Assembly (NCBI GenBank): GCA_965261545.1
Contig: CBDHDF010000002.1
Coordinates: forward strand, 576,001 to 640,000
Direction: 5' to 3'
Length of the DNA stretch: 64,000 nt
Source: Bdellovibrionales bacterium
GTDB lineage: Bacteria > Bdellovibrionota > Bdellovibrionia > Bdellovibrionales > UBA1609
Below the pieces are notes generated by a model. That model worked only from the letters and a program-made list of their open reading frames with translations. It was not told where the DNA came from and made no database searches. Below are positions 1 to 11,965 of this stretch, one piece after another (the first letter of the stretch is position 1; the number at the start of each line of letters is the position of its first letter). Both the position numbers and the translations under genes were made by a program.

Positions 1-300
1 GTTAACTTACTGTCTCCTATAACAATTGGTGATCCATCTGCATCAAATCGACGTAAAGCTGATTGGGTAGCTATACAACCTGCTTCATTAAGGCCATCTC
101 TTATCATCTCTTCTGTCTTTAACATTGAACTGGATAATGGAATTATCAACTCAATAGTGACTGAGTTTGAACTACTTGATTTTAACTTTGCCTTTGGTTT
201 TGACATAATACCCTCCTTGGTCGTAAGTCCAGCTAAAATAAAGTATCCCAAGGAATAAGGTATTTGTCTACAAATAATTACAGTATATCATTAGCACACC
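1..300 (-). mobile_element. ISKra4-family IS, left end, runs off window; transposase 5' part at <1..206 (-)
   Basis: Minus-strand ATG at 206 with AAGGAGG RBS reads MSKPKAK..SMLKTEEMIRDGLNEAGCIATQSALRRFDADGSPIVIG, resembling ISKra4 N-termini. End GGGTGTGCTAATG at 300 truncates the adjacent IS4. Confidence 0.7.
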
Positions 301-1798
301 CGTGCAGCCTTTCTCTCATTGTTATGGGCAAAGAGATCAAAATCCACAGGAATCTTCGACTGTAGTTGGTACAGGCAACTGACAAGACCTTGAGGGTACC
401 ATGCTTTTTCCCATGGTTGCTGATACCCATTATCTACGAGTTGACGTGGTAAATTTATTTTCGATCCATCCACTGCGAAAACCTTATGGCCCTTCCATAA
501 GGTACTAGAATTGGATATACCGTCTTGTTTAAGAATTTCATCATGCAAAACTTTAAATATATTTTCATCTACTTTAGCCCGTGCACTACACATAGTGGAT
601 GCCCGAACTGTTTTAGGTTGAGGGAGTTCAATGTCTAATATGCGACACTGCTCCCAAAGTTCAATCAAAGTTGTATCATAACCTTGTTTTCCTTTAGAGA
701 AAACAAGTCGGAAGATGAAAAGTATAATCAACAATGTATTCAAGACACGTTGACGCTTTTGCCAGGTTCGGTCGTACTCATCTGCAATGATAACCACTGT
801 CTTGATGATGTTTTGCCAAAGATGCACAAAAGAGTCCTCTAGCATAGGCTCAGCCAAGTTCTTATGTGGCTTGATGGTGGGTTTCCCGACGGGTTTCTTG
901 ATAGCGCATTGGGGGCCATTCAATAAGATAGACTGATAATTTTTTGTCAGAGGTTGAACATAAACACCTTTTTGAGTTTTTCCCTTTACATTTTTGTAGG
1001 CACGACTCCCATTTGTTTTGCCCAAATAAAGCCAGTTGGCAGCACGATAGCTCGTGGCATTAAATTTGGTAAGGTCGACAAAAGTCTCCATGAGTACAGG
1101 TTTGAAAGCATGTTTTAACTCCCAGTCTGTGGGAAGTTGGCGAGTTGCCATAGATAAAGCCATCGAAGCAAGATGGCGAACCTTTACCCAGGGAAAGATC
1201 AAAAATCGACTATTGTTCACCACTAAATTCAAGTGCTTTTTGTAAGCTCGATTTTGCCAACCGATCCATTCATCACGGCAAGGCAAAGTGGATGTGCCAG
1301 CTTCAAATAAAAGACAACCCAATTTCCGCCCACAATTATCTAGGATGAAATAGCGCAAATGGGGACCAAAGGGACGTCTGTAATTGAGATAATGATGCCG
1401 ATCGACAACTTCATTCCATTCCTTAATGGCCTCTTGATCAGTTACGATTTGCAAAGAAAGTGGGGTCAATGAGTCTAGTTTATCGTTGATGAGAGGCTTT
1501 TCATCTGTTCGGTGTGTCCAAGTGATTTTTTTGGAGGGGACACTCCGCTTTGACATGTCTTTTTCTGGCAGGGATAGAATGTCAAGTTCCTCTAGCGTCT
1601 CAAGCATACGAAGGCACGATTGGATGCGATGATCACCTTTGGGAGTTAGCCAACCAAGATGTTCACAAACTGTATAACCCAGTTCACGGCGACTTAAAGA
1701 AGGAAATAGCGCCACCGTCTTTTGAATGTCGGCAATTTGCTTGCGCGTCAAGCGTCTTCCAAAAAAAGTTGTTGAAGGCAATGTCTCTATGCGTGGGT

Positions 1799-3441
1799 CA
1801 GAAATTCCCGCCGAGCTTGAAAAAACATTGAAATTCCTCCAAATCTCAGTGTGAGAATTGCACTGCATCGAATAAGGTAAACCTCCCCGTCTTCGCCATT
1901 TAGAGGCGAATATCCAGACTTTAGTTTAGGGCAAATACGTTAAACTCTTTGGGGCACTTTGAGAGAAATGGCTGCTCATGATGTGTCGAAAACATCTGAG
2001 GCAGCAATAGGCTTAATCCCATAAGCCATTATGGCGAGGAGTTCCTGCCAATTTTTAAAGTATAGGGTATGGAAATACCCCCTCATATGATCCCATAGAT
2101 AAGATAGTCTCCTCTCTTTTTCTACCGCCTTTTGAAATAATTTACAGGCCAAATGTTGAAGTTGGTCCACTAAAAATACCAGCATCATAATCACGGCTAA
2201 ATTGTTACACAAATTTTGCTTGCCGTGGCCAAAATTGTGCTCAAAGTTGTAACCCAAATTCTTTAACGTATTAAATGTTTCATTTTCTATCTTCCAGCGT
2301 GCTCTTCCCCCCCTCATTATTTGCATTATGTTGTCTTCGTTGATCTCAATGTCAGTCACCCAGCTAAAGTGCTGAACCTTACCGTTTGCTTTCGTTTCTT
2401 TGTATTCAATAAAATTCACTCGACAATCAGGATTTGAATCATTGAGTGAAACATCATTTATGAATCGAAATTCATGTGTCACTCCATTCTCTACCACGGT
2501 GAAGTGAGAAACTGTTCCTAAGCTATCTGCTCCATTTACAAACTCAAATAAAACTTTGTGGTCTCCCATCTTACAGCCTAAAATATAACTTAATTTTAAT
2601 TCGTTAAGAAGAGTGATGTGAGGAGCATTGGAAGCCAATCCATCCTCAATAACAATCACTGGAAGGTGAGGGTGTTCCCTGCGAAAATCTTCAAGGAGTC
2701 GTTTGGCTGCATTACGCTCACAATCATTTTTGCTCGATCCATCTGTGTTTGAAATGGGCTCTGGAGCAATAGGTATAACCTGTTTCTTATCGGGGTGAAC
2801 AATCACTCCTGCTAACATTTGATGATAGTAGGTCTTCGTCTCATCACGATGATTCTTTATACAACAATTCTCACAATGAATAGTCGAGGAGCTAAAGGCG
2901 CCTGTTCCATCAATGCTGAGAAGATATTTTCCACCCAAATATGGGTAACCCTCCAAAACCTTCCCTCTTTGAGCTACGGTAAACAAAGATTTAAAAAAAT
3001 TTTGAAACTCACGGGTTGGAACAGGATCTAAAATCTCTCGCATAGCCGTATCACTAGGAATTTGGCCTATTTGAAACAAATGGTGTAGGTTGTTTTTTGC
3101 CACTGGGTCATGGACACGATCACAAAACTGAAGCATGGATGGATCTTTCAAGGCAAACATTGCCACAGATGACATAATGGCATCGCTCAGAGGAATCCTA
3201 TGGGGACGCTGCGATCTTATATCTGGAACTGCAAGAGATTTACTGTGTAACAGGGAATACATTCCTGAAGCGGATAGACCTTTTCTAAAATGTTGATGCG
3301 ACATGACGAACCCTCCTTGGTCTGATGTGCAACAACAAATATTCAAACAGATACTTAGGCAAAAGTCTACGAACTCTTTTTGAGGCGAATCTTTTGGAAG
3401 CCACTACTGTGGCCTAAACTATTTTTCGACGGGAATTGCTG
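1799..3441 (-). mobile_element. ISNCY-like DDE insertion sequence, 1643 bp
   Basis: IRs CAGAAATTCCCGCCGA / TCGACGGGAATTGCTG; 9-bp TSD TGCGTGGGT at 1790-1798 and 3442-3450. Confidence 0.88.
1976..3346 (-). CDS. DDE transposase (likely start 3304, MSHQHFRK)
   Basis: Motifs SIDGTG, IEDGL, RARWKIENETFNTLK; GGAGG RBS before 3304. Confidence 0.9.
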   Translation of the reverse strand: MNICCCTSDQGGFVMSHQHFRKGLSASGMYSLLHSKSLAVPDIRSQRPHRIPLSDAIMSSVAMFALKDPSMLQFCDRVHDPVAKNNLHHLFQIGQIPSDTAMREILDPVPTREFQNFFKSLFTVAQRGKVLEGYPYLGGKYLLSIDGTGAFSSSTIHCENCCIKNHRDETKTYYHQMLAGVIVHPDKKQVIPIAPEPISNTDGSSKNDCERNAAKRLLEDFRREHPHLPVIVIEDGLASNAPHITLLNELKLSYILGCKMGDHKVLFEFVNGADSLGTVSHFTVVENGVTHEFRFINDVSLNDSNPDCRVNFIEYKETKANGKVQHFSWVTDIEINEDNIMQIMRGGRARWKIENETFNTLKNLGYNFEHNFGHGKQNLCNNLAVIMMLVFLVDQLQHLACKLFQKAVEKERRLSYLWDHMRGYFHTLYFKNWQELLAIMAYGIKPIAASDVFDTS

Positions 3442-3654
3442 TGCGTGGGTCCATTTGAGTCTCTCCCCTTTGGGAATGGTTCAAATATAATGTGACACAA
3501 CGATGGGGTGGACTCAAGTATTTTTTTTCGGAAAAAGAAAAAAGATAAAAGCCCCCTTAACTCAGTATGTTAGAGGGAGTCAGAAAAATGTGGAAAAACC
3601 TTCTGCAAAAACGAATGCCATTGTTCTTTGGGGGTCTCTACAACAAAAAGGGCA

Positions 3655-3683
3655 TTGACAAAAAGTAACAAAAACATTACTTT
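3655..3683 (+). promoter_or_regulatory. Sigma70-like promoter of the TA operon with overlapping palindrome
   Basis: TTGACA-17 nt-TACTTT; AGTAA-N8-TTACT inverted repeat overlaps spacer and -10 (possible autorepression operator). Confidence 0.55.
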
Positions 3684-3700
3684 AGGAATGAGGGGGATGC

Positions 3701-4030
3701 ATGAAGAAAGTTGAAATGTACCAGTCTTCTCGTGGGAATGTCCCTTTTGAAGATTGGCTAATGAGGCTTCCTGAAAGCACCCAAGTACGAATTTTTAAGT
3801 ACATCAAACGGGTTGCTGCTGGTGGCTCCAAAAAGAATATTAAATATCTTGGAGATAGCATTTTTGAAATTAAAATGAACTATGCATCCGGTTACCGGGT
3901 ATATTTTAGCGAACTTGGGAATGTCATCATTTTGCTTCTTTTAGGTGGTGATAAGTCTACCCAAAAAAGAGATATCATAACGGCAAAAAAATATTGGAGG
4001 TTATACAATGAAGAGAACGAAGTCCTTTGA
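3701..4030 (+). CDS. Type II toxin, RelE/ParE/HigB-like addiction module killer protein
   Basis: PFEDWL..GDSIFEIK..GYRVYF..IILLLLGGDKSTQKRDI..AK.YW pattern; overlaps downstream HTH gene. Confidence 0.85.
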   Translation: MKKVEMYQSSRGNVPFEDWLMRLPESTQVRIFKYIKRVAAGGSKKNIKYLGDSIFEIKMNYASGYRVYFSELGNVIILLLLGGDKSTQKRDIITAKKYWRLYNEENEVL

Positions 4031-4304
4031 TAAGATGTTATCTAAGAAACTCCACAATCCTAAGTTTGCAAGAGAGTATATTATGGCATCCATGGAAGGA
4101 GAGGAAGCACAGACTCTTATTGAAGCTATGATAGAAGTTATAAATGTTATGGGACATAAAGAGTTTGCGGAACTTGTAGGAATAGAAAGGGCTGCCATCT
4201 CAAGAATTTCAAAGAATGGGGACATTCCAAAAATTGAAACTCTTAATAATCTTCTCGCACCTTTTCGGCTAAGGGCAAAGCTTGATGTTGAAGAAGTGGC
4301 TTAA
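4008..4304 (+). CDS. HTH antitoxin (addiction module antidote, HigA-like)
   Basis: FAELVGIERAAISRI..GDIPKIETL HTH; toxin-first two-gene layout. Confidence 0.8.
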   Translation: MKRTKSFDKMLSKKLHNPKFAREYIMASMEGEEAQTLIEAMIEVINVMGHKEFAELVGIERAAISRISKNGDIPKIETLNNLLAPFRLRAKLDVEEVA

Positions 4305-4541
4305 TCCTTCTATGGGATTTGAAGACCTCCAAAAGAGGCTCAGAGAAATACCTCGAGGGTATTTTTACTACCATTGGGAAGGTATAGGACTTTGTCTCTG
4401 AAAGGTCCTTACTGCCAAGGTGGGGAGGCCCATTTGAAAGGGTATGCCCAATAGAACTTGGTAGATTTTGAGGTGGACCCCAATGTCAGACTGAAAAACT
4501 TGATTTTTAAGCTACACCACAGCGCACAAAGAAGCCCCGTG

Positions 4542-5390
4542 TTAATGTGTTAAATCCACCTCTCCCATATGCACCTGATAAGGGGTGCAATCCTGAAGAG
4601 ACTGGTGTGGCCTTTTATTATTATAAAAATTAAAATACGTTTTAAAACCTTTGTTGGCTTGAACCATTGATTTGTCTTGATAGCCTTTCAAGTAAACCTC
4701 TTCGTACTTAACAGACCGCCAAAGCCGCTCGATCATAATGTTGTCTAAACACCTGCCTTTGCCGTCCATACTGATCGAGATTCCATGATTTTTCAATAAT
4801 TTTGTGAAAACCTCAGAAGTGAATTGGCACCCTTGATCAGTATTGACGATATCAGGGCAACCAAATGTTTCTATGGCTTCCTCAAAGACTTCTAAACAAA
4901 AAGTTGTCTCAAGGCTATTAGAAAGTCTCCAAGACAGAACAAATCGGCTAAACCAATCTATCACAGCTACCAAGTAAGCAAAGCCACCAGACAACCTTAT
5001 AAAAGTAATATCAGTAGCCCACACTTGGTTGGGGGAGCAGATATTAAGCCCCTTAAGTAGGTAGGGATAAACCTTATGCTGATGGTTTCGCTGACTGGTG
5101 TTTGGACCTGGGAAGATAGCGAAAAGACACATCTTTTCCATGAGCCGCTGAATCCTCTTGCGGTTGACCCCATGGCCATTAAGTCTTAAGTGAGCTGCCA
5201 TTTTACGGCTCCCATAAAAAGGGGTCTCCAAGTACTGTTTGTCAATTAAACTCATCAGTTTTAAGTTGTAGGCACTCTCAGGTATGGGCTTGTAGTACAA
5301 GGCTCCCTTAGAGAGTCCTAGCAACTCACATTGGCGAGTGACACAAATATTTGGATGTTTCCAATTGATAGCGGCTTTTTTCTCAGGCAT
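4542..5390 (-). CDS. IS3 OrfB integrase-core transposase
   Basis: [33 protein letters not shown]. Confidence 0.93.
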   Translation of the reverse strand: MPEKKAAINWKHPNICVTRQCELLGLSKGALYYKPIPESAYNLKLMSLIDKQYLETPFYGSRKMAAHLRLNGHGVNRKRIQRLMEKMCLFAIFPGPNTSQRNHQHKVYPYLLKGLNICSPNQVWATDITFIRLSGGFAYLVAVIDWFSRFVLSWRLSNSLETTFCLEVFEEAIETFGCPDIVNTDQGCQFTSEVFTKLLKNHGISISMDGKGRCLDNIMIERLWRSVKYEEVYLKGYQDKSMVQANKGFKTYFNFYNNKRPHQSLQDCTPYQVHMGEVDLTH

Positions 5391-5673
5391 TGAAGCTCTC
5401 AGATTTTTTTTTTAACCAATCATTTTCAACCTTTAACTGCCCTATTTGCCGATACAATTCATCAATGGTTTTTCTTTGTTCTTCTACCTCGTTGTTGTCC
5501 TTTTTTTTGCTCGCTAAGGCCTTAGGAATGGCTTCAATAGCTTGCTTCTTCCAATCTTGGATTTGGATGCGGTGAACTCCATGCTTGGAGGCCAACTCTG
5601 CCATTGTGTCAGTCTCACGAATGGCGTCAAGTGCGACTCTGGCCTTAAATTGTGCGCTGTGTTTCTTTCTCAT
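5383..5673 (-). CDS. IS3 OrfA HTH
   Basis: [32 protein letters not shown]. Confidence 0.9.
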   Translation of the reverse strand: MRKKHSAQFKARVALDAIRETDTMAELASKHGVHRIQIQDWKKQAIEAIPKALASKKKDNNEVEEQRKTIDELYRQIGQLKVENDWLKKKSESFNA

Positions 5674-5878
5674 TATCCCCTCCTATGAGGGGCTTTTTAC
5701 CCGCTGCGGTGTAACTTAGCAACCAGTCTGTTTTTGGGGTCCACTATATTTCCCACCACCGGGGCCTCCCTTTGGAGAATCTTGTATGATACGGCATAGT
5801 TTAGCCGCCCAAGTCCTCCATATGATTCTGAGGATTATTATAAAATAATCGTCTCTGTCAAGGGAATGTAATCATTCG

Positions 5879-6355
5879 CAGAAATTCCCGCCGAGCTTGA
5901 AAAAACATTGAAATTCCTCCAAATCTCAGTGTGAGAATTGCACTGCATCGAATAAGGTAAACCTCCCCGTCTTCGCCATTTAGAGGCGAATATCCAGACT
6001 TTAGTTTAGGGCAAATACGTTAAACTCTTTGGGGCACTTTGAGAGAAATGGCTGCTCATGATGTGTCGAAAACATCTGAGGCAGCAATAGGCTTAATCCC
6101 ATAAGCCATTATGGCGAGGAGTTCCTGCCAATTTTTAAAGTATAGGGTATGGAAATACCCCCTCATATGATCCCATAGATAAGATAGTCTCCTCTCTTTT
6201 TCTACCGCCTTTTGAAATAATTTACAGGCCAAATGTTGAAGTTGGTCCACTAAAAATACCAGCATCATAATCACGGCTAAATTGTTACACAAATTTTGCT
6301 TGCCGTGGCCAAAATTGTGCTCAAAGTTGTAACCCAAATTCTTTAACGTATTAAA
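5879..6355 (-). mobile_element. Partial right-end copy of the ISNCY-like element
   Basis: Identical to 1799..2275, including the IR and transposase C-terminus. Confidence 0.88.
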
Positions 6356-6430
6356 TCCCGAGTTTGACAGCAGCATCGTATTGGGTCATAAGTAAACGAC
6401 ACCAAGGAGCGGTTTGTCATTTTGCTCATC

Positions 6431-6570
6431 TTATGCCACCTCCTTGATATTTTCCTGTCGTACTAATTTGAAAAACTCTTTAAGTTTTAGTTCAAGTCCC
6501 CTCTTTAGCTCAAAGGGGTTGAGTTCAGCTTTACGCCTCCTCAGTGCTTCATCCTCCTCATGGTTTAATA
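6431..6570 (-). pseudogene. C-terminal fragment of a probable integrase-type transposase
   Basis: Minus frame ..LRRRKAELNPFELKRGLELKLKEFF..EVA*, cut off by the IS1634 end. Confidence 0.35.
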
Positions 6571-7845
6571 CCTGAATTCTACAAAAATGGTAACAAGGAT
6601 TCTGGCCTAAGGTCCTGACATTGTGAAGCGACGGCTGGGATTAATATTTGTACTTACATTGAACGCCTTCAAAATATCTTTTTGCTTTTTTGACACTTCA
6701 CCAAGTATGGGAGTGCCTGTGGCTAGCTCATACAACTTGAGACGGTCTAATATCTTATAAAGTTCGGCTTTTGTCATTTTTTTGTATAGCTCATTTTTCT
6801 TCATCACATGATCAACCCATGTAATCAAAATTAAAGAGATAAAATTAATGAAAATACTTCCTCTCATTGCGATCAACGAATGTGTCCTATTTCTTTTCTC
6901 ATCTATGTCATGCTTAAAAGCACGAAAAACTTTTTCTACACAATCTTTTCTTCTATATAATCTTAAAATTTCATCCCGATCCATTTGAATGTTATTAGTG
7001 ATGAGAATCAAGCAGCCCATCTTTATCATCTCATCTCGAAAAACATTGAGGTTTCTCTCAATTACAAATTTATTCTCGGATTCTTCAATGAAAAAAAAAT
7101 TTTTCTTAGTTTTTAATGTCTCTTTCAAATAAAGAGATGCATCATCCTTACTTGAAAAATTTTTTTCTAAAAAAAGATTTTCTAAATCTGATATCTTTCT
7201 TATAAAAATAGACTCCTGATCAGACCGCCTCTTACCTTCTAAAAAAACATGAGCCATACAACTTTCACTTCCAATTTCTATTTCTTTCTTAGAGTAGGAG
7301 TATACTTGCTCATAGAAAGCAAATAATGATCCAGGAGATAATAACTTGTCATGCAAGTCAAATAAAATTTCTTTAGATTTCTGAGTGCTGAAGCTCATAG
7401 GAACTATATAGCTCAAGCCTTGTTTGTTCATATTCTTTATGTTTTCTTGACTATAAAACCCTTTGTCCATCACTAAAATATCAAGATTTAACTTATATCT
7501 ACCCACAAGATCTGTTACATTCCTCAGTGTCGTTACATCCTGTTAGGCGCCAATTAAAATTGGCCATTTTTAGAAGCCGTCGCCAATGAAAAACGGCCAG
7601 TTGATGATGTACTGATTTAGTTATTCTTCGTTCAGAGTTTAGTCAAGTGTCTTTATTTTGCTCATCATTTAACTCGGACTATGCCACAAGATTCTGAGGA
7701 ATGATTTTCTGCCCACCACTTTTGGCATGACCCCAAATGCATCCTTCAGCCCTATGGCAGAGGTAAATGGAGTATTTTTCAGGATTCCTTGGCGCAGCTA
7801 ATGTCTAAAGCTCCGCGAGAGTGACGAGCAAATAGTACGGTAAAA

Positions 7846-7943
7846 GCCAGTTATCCATAAATTTATCCATGGCGACACTGCGGCTGTGACCCCGATGTCT
7901 AGCAACGCAGTGCTGCTGTGGATAAATTTTGTGGATAACTGGC
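7846..7943. repeat. DnaA-box-containing 98-bp hairpin (IS21-A copy 1)
   Basis: GCCAGTTATCCA...TGGATAACTGGC arms; reverse complement of 33701..33798. Confidence 0.8.
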
Positions 7944-7970
7944 GAGTTCCTTCCCCAAAAGTGGGGATCT

Positions 7971-8751
7971 CTAATGAACTTCTTTGGTTGAACTTTCCTC
8001 TTTGCTCTGTTTAGACTTGGCTTTTGCCGATTCGGTTCTCCAACTTTCTTTTCCTTCAATGTTGAGGGTTTCACAGTTGTGAATGATTCGATCAACAGCA
8101 GCAGCGGTGGTAATAGGGTTAAGAAACACCTTATCCCATTCAGAGTATGTTAAGTTTGTAGTGATCATGAGACTTTTCCTTTCATATCGCTGAGATATGA
8201 ATTGAAAGAAAAGATCTGCCCCCTCTGCAGGAAGCTGTATAGCCAAGTTCATCACAAGCAATAAGATCAAAACGGTCTAATTTCTTAAAAAGAGCATTCA
8301 ATGAGAGTTCTTTCTTGCTTTCACGCATTGTTTCAATAAGTTCATGAGTGGTGACCCATAAACATCGATAGCCTTGTTCACAGAGTGAACGAACTAGGGA
8401 CATGGCCAAATGACTTTTCCCCATTCCAAAGCTTCCGTAAAACACAACATTACAGGCTTTTCTGACCCACTCTCCCTCTGCCATCCAATTAATTTGCTGA
8501 GCTGTCACTCCCGTTCTTTTCTGGAAGTTATAAGTTTGGAGTGATTTAAGTTGAGGAAGCTTGGCCCCCTTAAGCAATCTTTTCACTCTCTGGGAATGCT
8601 TGTCAGCAAGCTCATTTTGAACGAGTATACCTAAATACTGTTCATACGTCTTTTTTGTTTTTTCGGCAACTCTAGCCGTTGCAACATATTCATCCGCCAT
8701 CGCTGGAAGTCGGAGTTTTTTAAGAGAACCTATAAGTTCTTCGTGATTCAT
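7971..8751 (-). pseudogene. istB: IstB ATPase, frameshifted
   Basis: 2-nt deletion near 8227 relative to intact 32891..33673. Confidence 0.85.
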
Positions 8752-10355
8752 TAAGAACCTCCTATGTTTGGAACAAGACTGTCATATTGAGACAATCTAG
8801 GTTGAAGTGGTTTTTGTTGGTCATTCAAATTAATTTTGGTGGGATTGCCTAAGAGCAAATCTTTTATGGATTTAAAGTCGAAAATCTCACGACTTTCTAA
8901 TTGAAGCTCCATGGCTGTAGATAAGTCCTGCCAACTCACATGCTGAATCAAGTTGATAACTCTTAAATATTCATGCTCGGCACGGCTTGAATCTTGTTGC
9001 TTGAGGTATTGATAAAAATTTTCAAACACATTTGTTGGAAAAAGAATGGATCGGTGAGCCCATCTTACCATGGCTTGCGGCTTACGAACTAAAGAGGGAA
9101 GGATATGTTCAAGAAGAAGACTATGCTCCCCATCAGGTTTTCTTTGATGGCGAGCGACAATTTCTTGCTTCCCTCCTGCACGATAGATCGTGACATGATA
9201 GGGACCCTGTACGGTTTTACAGGGAGCTTGGATCACCTCATCAGGTATGGAATATGTGGTTTTACCTATTCTCAAAGTCCCATAACCATTACTTTGACAA
9301 ATATTCACCTTACAGAGAATATCTTCATCTCGTGGAGGCAAAGGCTTAAGAACTTTGGCCTCCTCCTCAAAGCGAGATTTGGTGGAGTCACTCTGATGCT
9401 GATCCATATAAGACTCTAAAAACTGATTCAAATGATCCCAGTCTTTAAAAACAATTCCTTTGTTTCTAACAATATTTTTTATCCGAGAACTGAAGGTTCG
9501 AATATCACGCTCCACATCTCCCTTGTCAGAGCCCTTCCCTGCGCGGCAGGGAAGAACCTTAAATCCATAGTATTGGATGGCTCGATCAAAAGATTGGGTG
9601 TAAATTCGCTGATTTCCTTTAAGAACTTTCTTCACACAGGGAGATAAATTATCAATACGGATGTTCGCACTCATCCCACCTATCTTTTCAAAAAAAGCAT
9701 GCACCCCATCGATGAAACACTCATAGACAAGAAAGGGGTAGGCACGAACCCAACAGGTGCCACTACAAGGCAATGTTCCAAAATGGAGATGAACGATCTG
9801 AACACCATCGGCAAATGGTAAAGCAACCTTCTCCTTAAAATCAAACTGAGCCTGTTCTCCAGGATCATATCTTTGGCTGAAAAAACGCTCCTTGGGGCGA
9901 GAACCAAGAATCTCACACACTCTTCTCTGAACCGTTCTCTCACTCCCACGATAACCCTCCTCAACTAATAGCTCATATATTTCACGGGCGGTGTTACTTG
10001 GGTTCAACTTCAAAAAGTACTTCACCCGATCCATATATCCATTAAGGGGATCTGGGCGAGTTCTTTTGGACCTCGCCTTGTACTTCGGTGGGGTGTTGGA
10101 CTCACAGTACTTGCGCACCGTCTTACGATTGATCCCTAATTCACGAGATATTTCTGTCTTATTTTTACCACTGTGACTCAGGTCACGAATGCGGCCGAAA
10201 GTGTATTGACTAATCATAAGATCCTCCTCATTGCTAACCTTTTGAGTTGCAAGAGGGAGGGACTCTGTGAGCTTAGTATCTATATCAGAAGAAGAGACTT
10301 CATTGTCTAGTATTTGAACACTCCCTGAAGATTGGTCACTTTTCATTGGCGACAA
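8751..10355 (-). CDS. istA: IS21 transposase IstA (probable start MISQY, about 10217)
   Basis: HTH ISRELGINRKTVRKY, PGEQAQFDF, DNL, DKGDVE. Confidence 0.92.
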   Translation of the reverse strand: MSPMKSDQSSGSVQILDNEVSSSDIDTKLTESLPLATQKVSNEEDLMISQYTFGRIRDLSHSGKNKTEISRELGINRKTVRKYCESNTPPKYKARSKRTRPDPLNGYMDRVKYFLKLNPSNTAREIYELLVEEGYRGSERTVQRRVCEILGSRPKERFFSQRYDPGEQAQFDFKEKVALPFADGVQIVHLHFGTLPCSGTCWVRAYPFLVYECFIDGVHAFFEKIGGMSANIRIDNLSPCVKKVLKGNQRIYTQSFDRAIQYYGFKVLPCRAGKGSDKGDVERDIRTFSSRIKNIVRNKGIVFKDWDHLNQFLESYMDQHQSDSTKSRFEEEAKVLKPLPPRDEDILCKVNICQSNGYGTLRIGKTTYSIPDEVIQAPCKTVQGPYHVTIYRAGGKQEIVARHQRKPDGEHSLLLEHILPSLVRKPQAMVRWAHRSILFPTNVFENFYQYLKQQDSSRAEHEYLRVINLIQHVSWQDLSTAMELQLESREIFDFKSIKDLLLGNPTKINLNDQQKPLQPRLSQYDSLVPNIGGS

Positions 10356-10717
10356 CCTCCATATTGAAAGTGGGACATTTTAATTGGCGACGGCTTTAAG
10401 GGAAGCCTGTCTTTAGAAAGAAATTCCATGAAAATTGAGGCAAATGTTGGAATCTTGTGGAATTTAAATACTTTAGAAAATGGGCACAGCCTAAACAGGC
10501 TTTTCTTGACTATATATTTAACCTCATTGAAATCCAGAAACAGTCTACAAATGACAAATATGGAACCTGAATAGGCTGTCATGGAAGGACTCTCCAACAC
10601 GGAGCCCCTTTCCAGGTCGACAAGAACCCAAAAGGAGTTCTTATCAGCTCGGAGCCTTTTTATGAGTAATATCAATTGATTATATGCGTCTCGGTTGACA
10701 ATGCCAAAAATCACCAT
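10343..10717 (-). CDS. Hypothetical passenger ORF inside the IS21-A left end
   Basis: 124 aa with strong AGGAGG RBS, between terminal and internal IS21 repeats. Confidence 0.4.
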   Translation of the reverse strand: MVIFGIVNRDAYNQLILLIKRLRADKNSFWVLVDLERGSVLESPSMTAYSGSIFVICRLFLDFNEVKYIVKKSLFRLCPFSKVFKFHKIPTFASIFMEFLSKDRLPLKPSPIKMSHFQYGGCRQ

Positions 10718-11965
10718 AGGTCCTCCTCTGAAAAGTGGCCACTTTTCATTGGCGACGGTGGGGCATTTTAATTGTCAGCTAACACATCCGTAATACTGCC
10801 AGGGTATACCCTGTAAGCTAAAGGTAAGCCTATTGAATTAGTGCTGGAAGCTCGTGCAATCAAACCCAAATTTACTTGTTCTAAATTTTCGCCATCTCTA
10901 TTGTAACCTCGTTCCAAAAATTCATTTTTGGACCCATAAGAAGAAATAGATGTAATATCAAATAGGATAGAGCCAGTAGATTTAAGCTCTTTTATCCAAT
11001 TTGTAAAAAAAATATCTATTTTTTTCTCGTCTTGACCAATAGAGTGTAAAAGTCTACTAGTTTTGGTCGATCCCATAGAAATTTCTTTGGAAACGTAAGA
11101 CTCTTCACACCAAGACTTATAAAAATAATAAGGCTCTTTCTTTATAATCTTAAAACATGACAAATGAAGAATCTTTTCATATTCCTCAGGAAAAACTTGT
11201 TTGACAACTTTAAGTAGTTTGGATTGTTTACAAATTTCTTTCAGAAAATATAAAGATCCAACAGTATAGGAGCCAATGCCGTTTCCTTAAGAAAAATCTC
11301 TTGAAATCATTAGATAAATCGACAAGAATAAGACTTGTTTTATTTTACACCCAACCCTCAACCAAGGAGTAAGTCACATGCAATCCAATATTGATCTCGA
11401 AAGCCCCCAAATGACGAGTTCGCGTCACAGATGACCATTTTATTCTACCAAAACTTGATTCTTCCTTCAAGCCAGAGCACCTTGTCGATCCAGAAAAACA
11501 AAAAAGGAATCGAAAATTTAATCCTCAAATTTTCTTTTTTACCATTATCTATCTTATTTCCGGAACAAATTACGAAGGCTACCAAATCGCTCTTAAGACG
11601 GTATGGACTCATTTTGGTGACCTGCTTCTCATGCCAGTCAAAAGCAGTCTCAGCAAGATACGTCAAAGTATTTCTTACCTATTTTTCAAAGATATCTTTG
11701 AATCTCTGATTACAGACTACGAACCATTGAGAAAAACGTTTCATGGTTTTTATATCTATGCCATAGATGGCGACCAATTAGCACTTCCTCGCTCTAAAGA
11801 TCTTTTAAAGGAGGGTTATTGTGGGTACCCTTGCCCAAATGAGATGGAAACTCATTTCTTACGTATGTATCTATCTCATGCTTATGACGTTTTATCGGGT
11901 GTGACAAAGAATCTTTGCTTTTCTCCCGCTCTCAACGAAATCGCCAATCCTATTCAAATGATAGG

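Larger units (their letters stand above)
301..3623 (-). mobile_element. Truncated, interrupted copy of the DUF4338-IS4 element (intact copy 52551..55104)
   Basis: Near-identical to the intact copy; IR CAATGGCATTCGTTT ends at 3623; split by the element at 1799..3441; 3' part lost at the ISKra4 end. Confidence 0.9.
4469..5748 (-). mobile_element. IS3-family IS, 1280 bp, copy 1
   Basis: IRs TGAGGTGGACCCCAA / TTGGGGTCCACTATA; TTT TSD; orfA/orfB with an A-run slippery site. Confidence 0.93.
7541..10784 (-). mobile_element. IS21 family A, copy 1 (3244 bp)
   Basis: TGTTAG..CTAACA ends with repeated (C)GCCAAT(T/G)AAAA motifs; 5-bp TSD CATCC; istA-istB. Confidence 0.93.
6571..11273 (-). mobile_element. 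Disrupted IS1634-family IS (transposase pieces 6607..7540 and 10785..11273)
   Basis: Homologous to 21232..22827 (FDITSISSY, RGYNRDGENL, DKGFYSQEN); split by IS21 with CATCC TSD; 5' end removed at the IS4 end. Confidence 0.87.
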
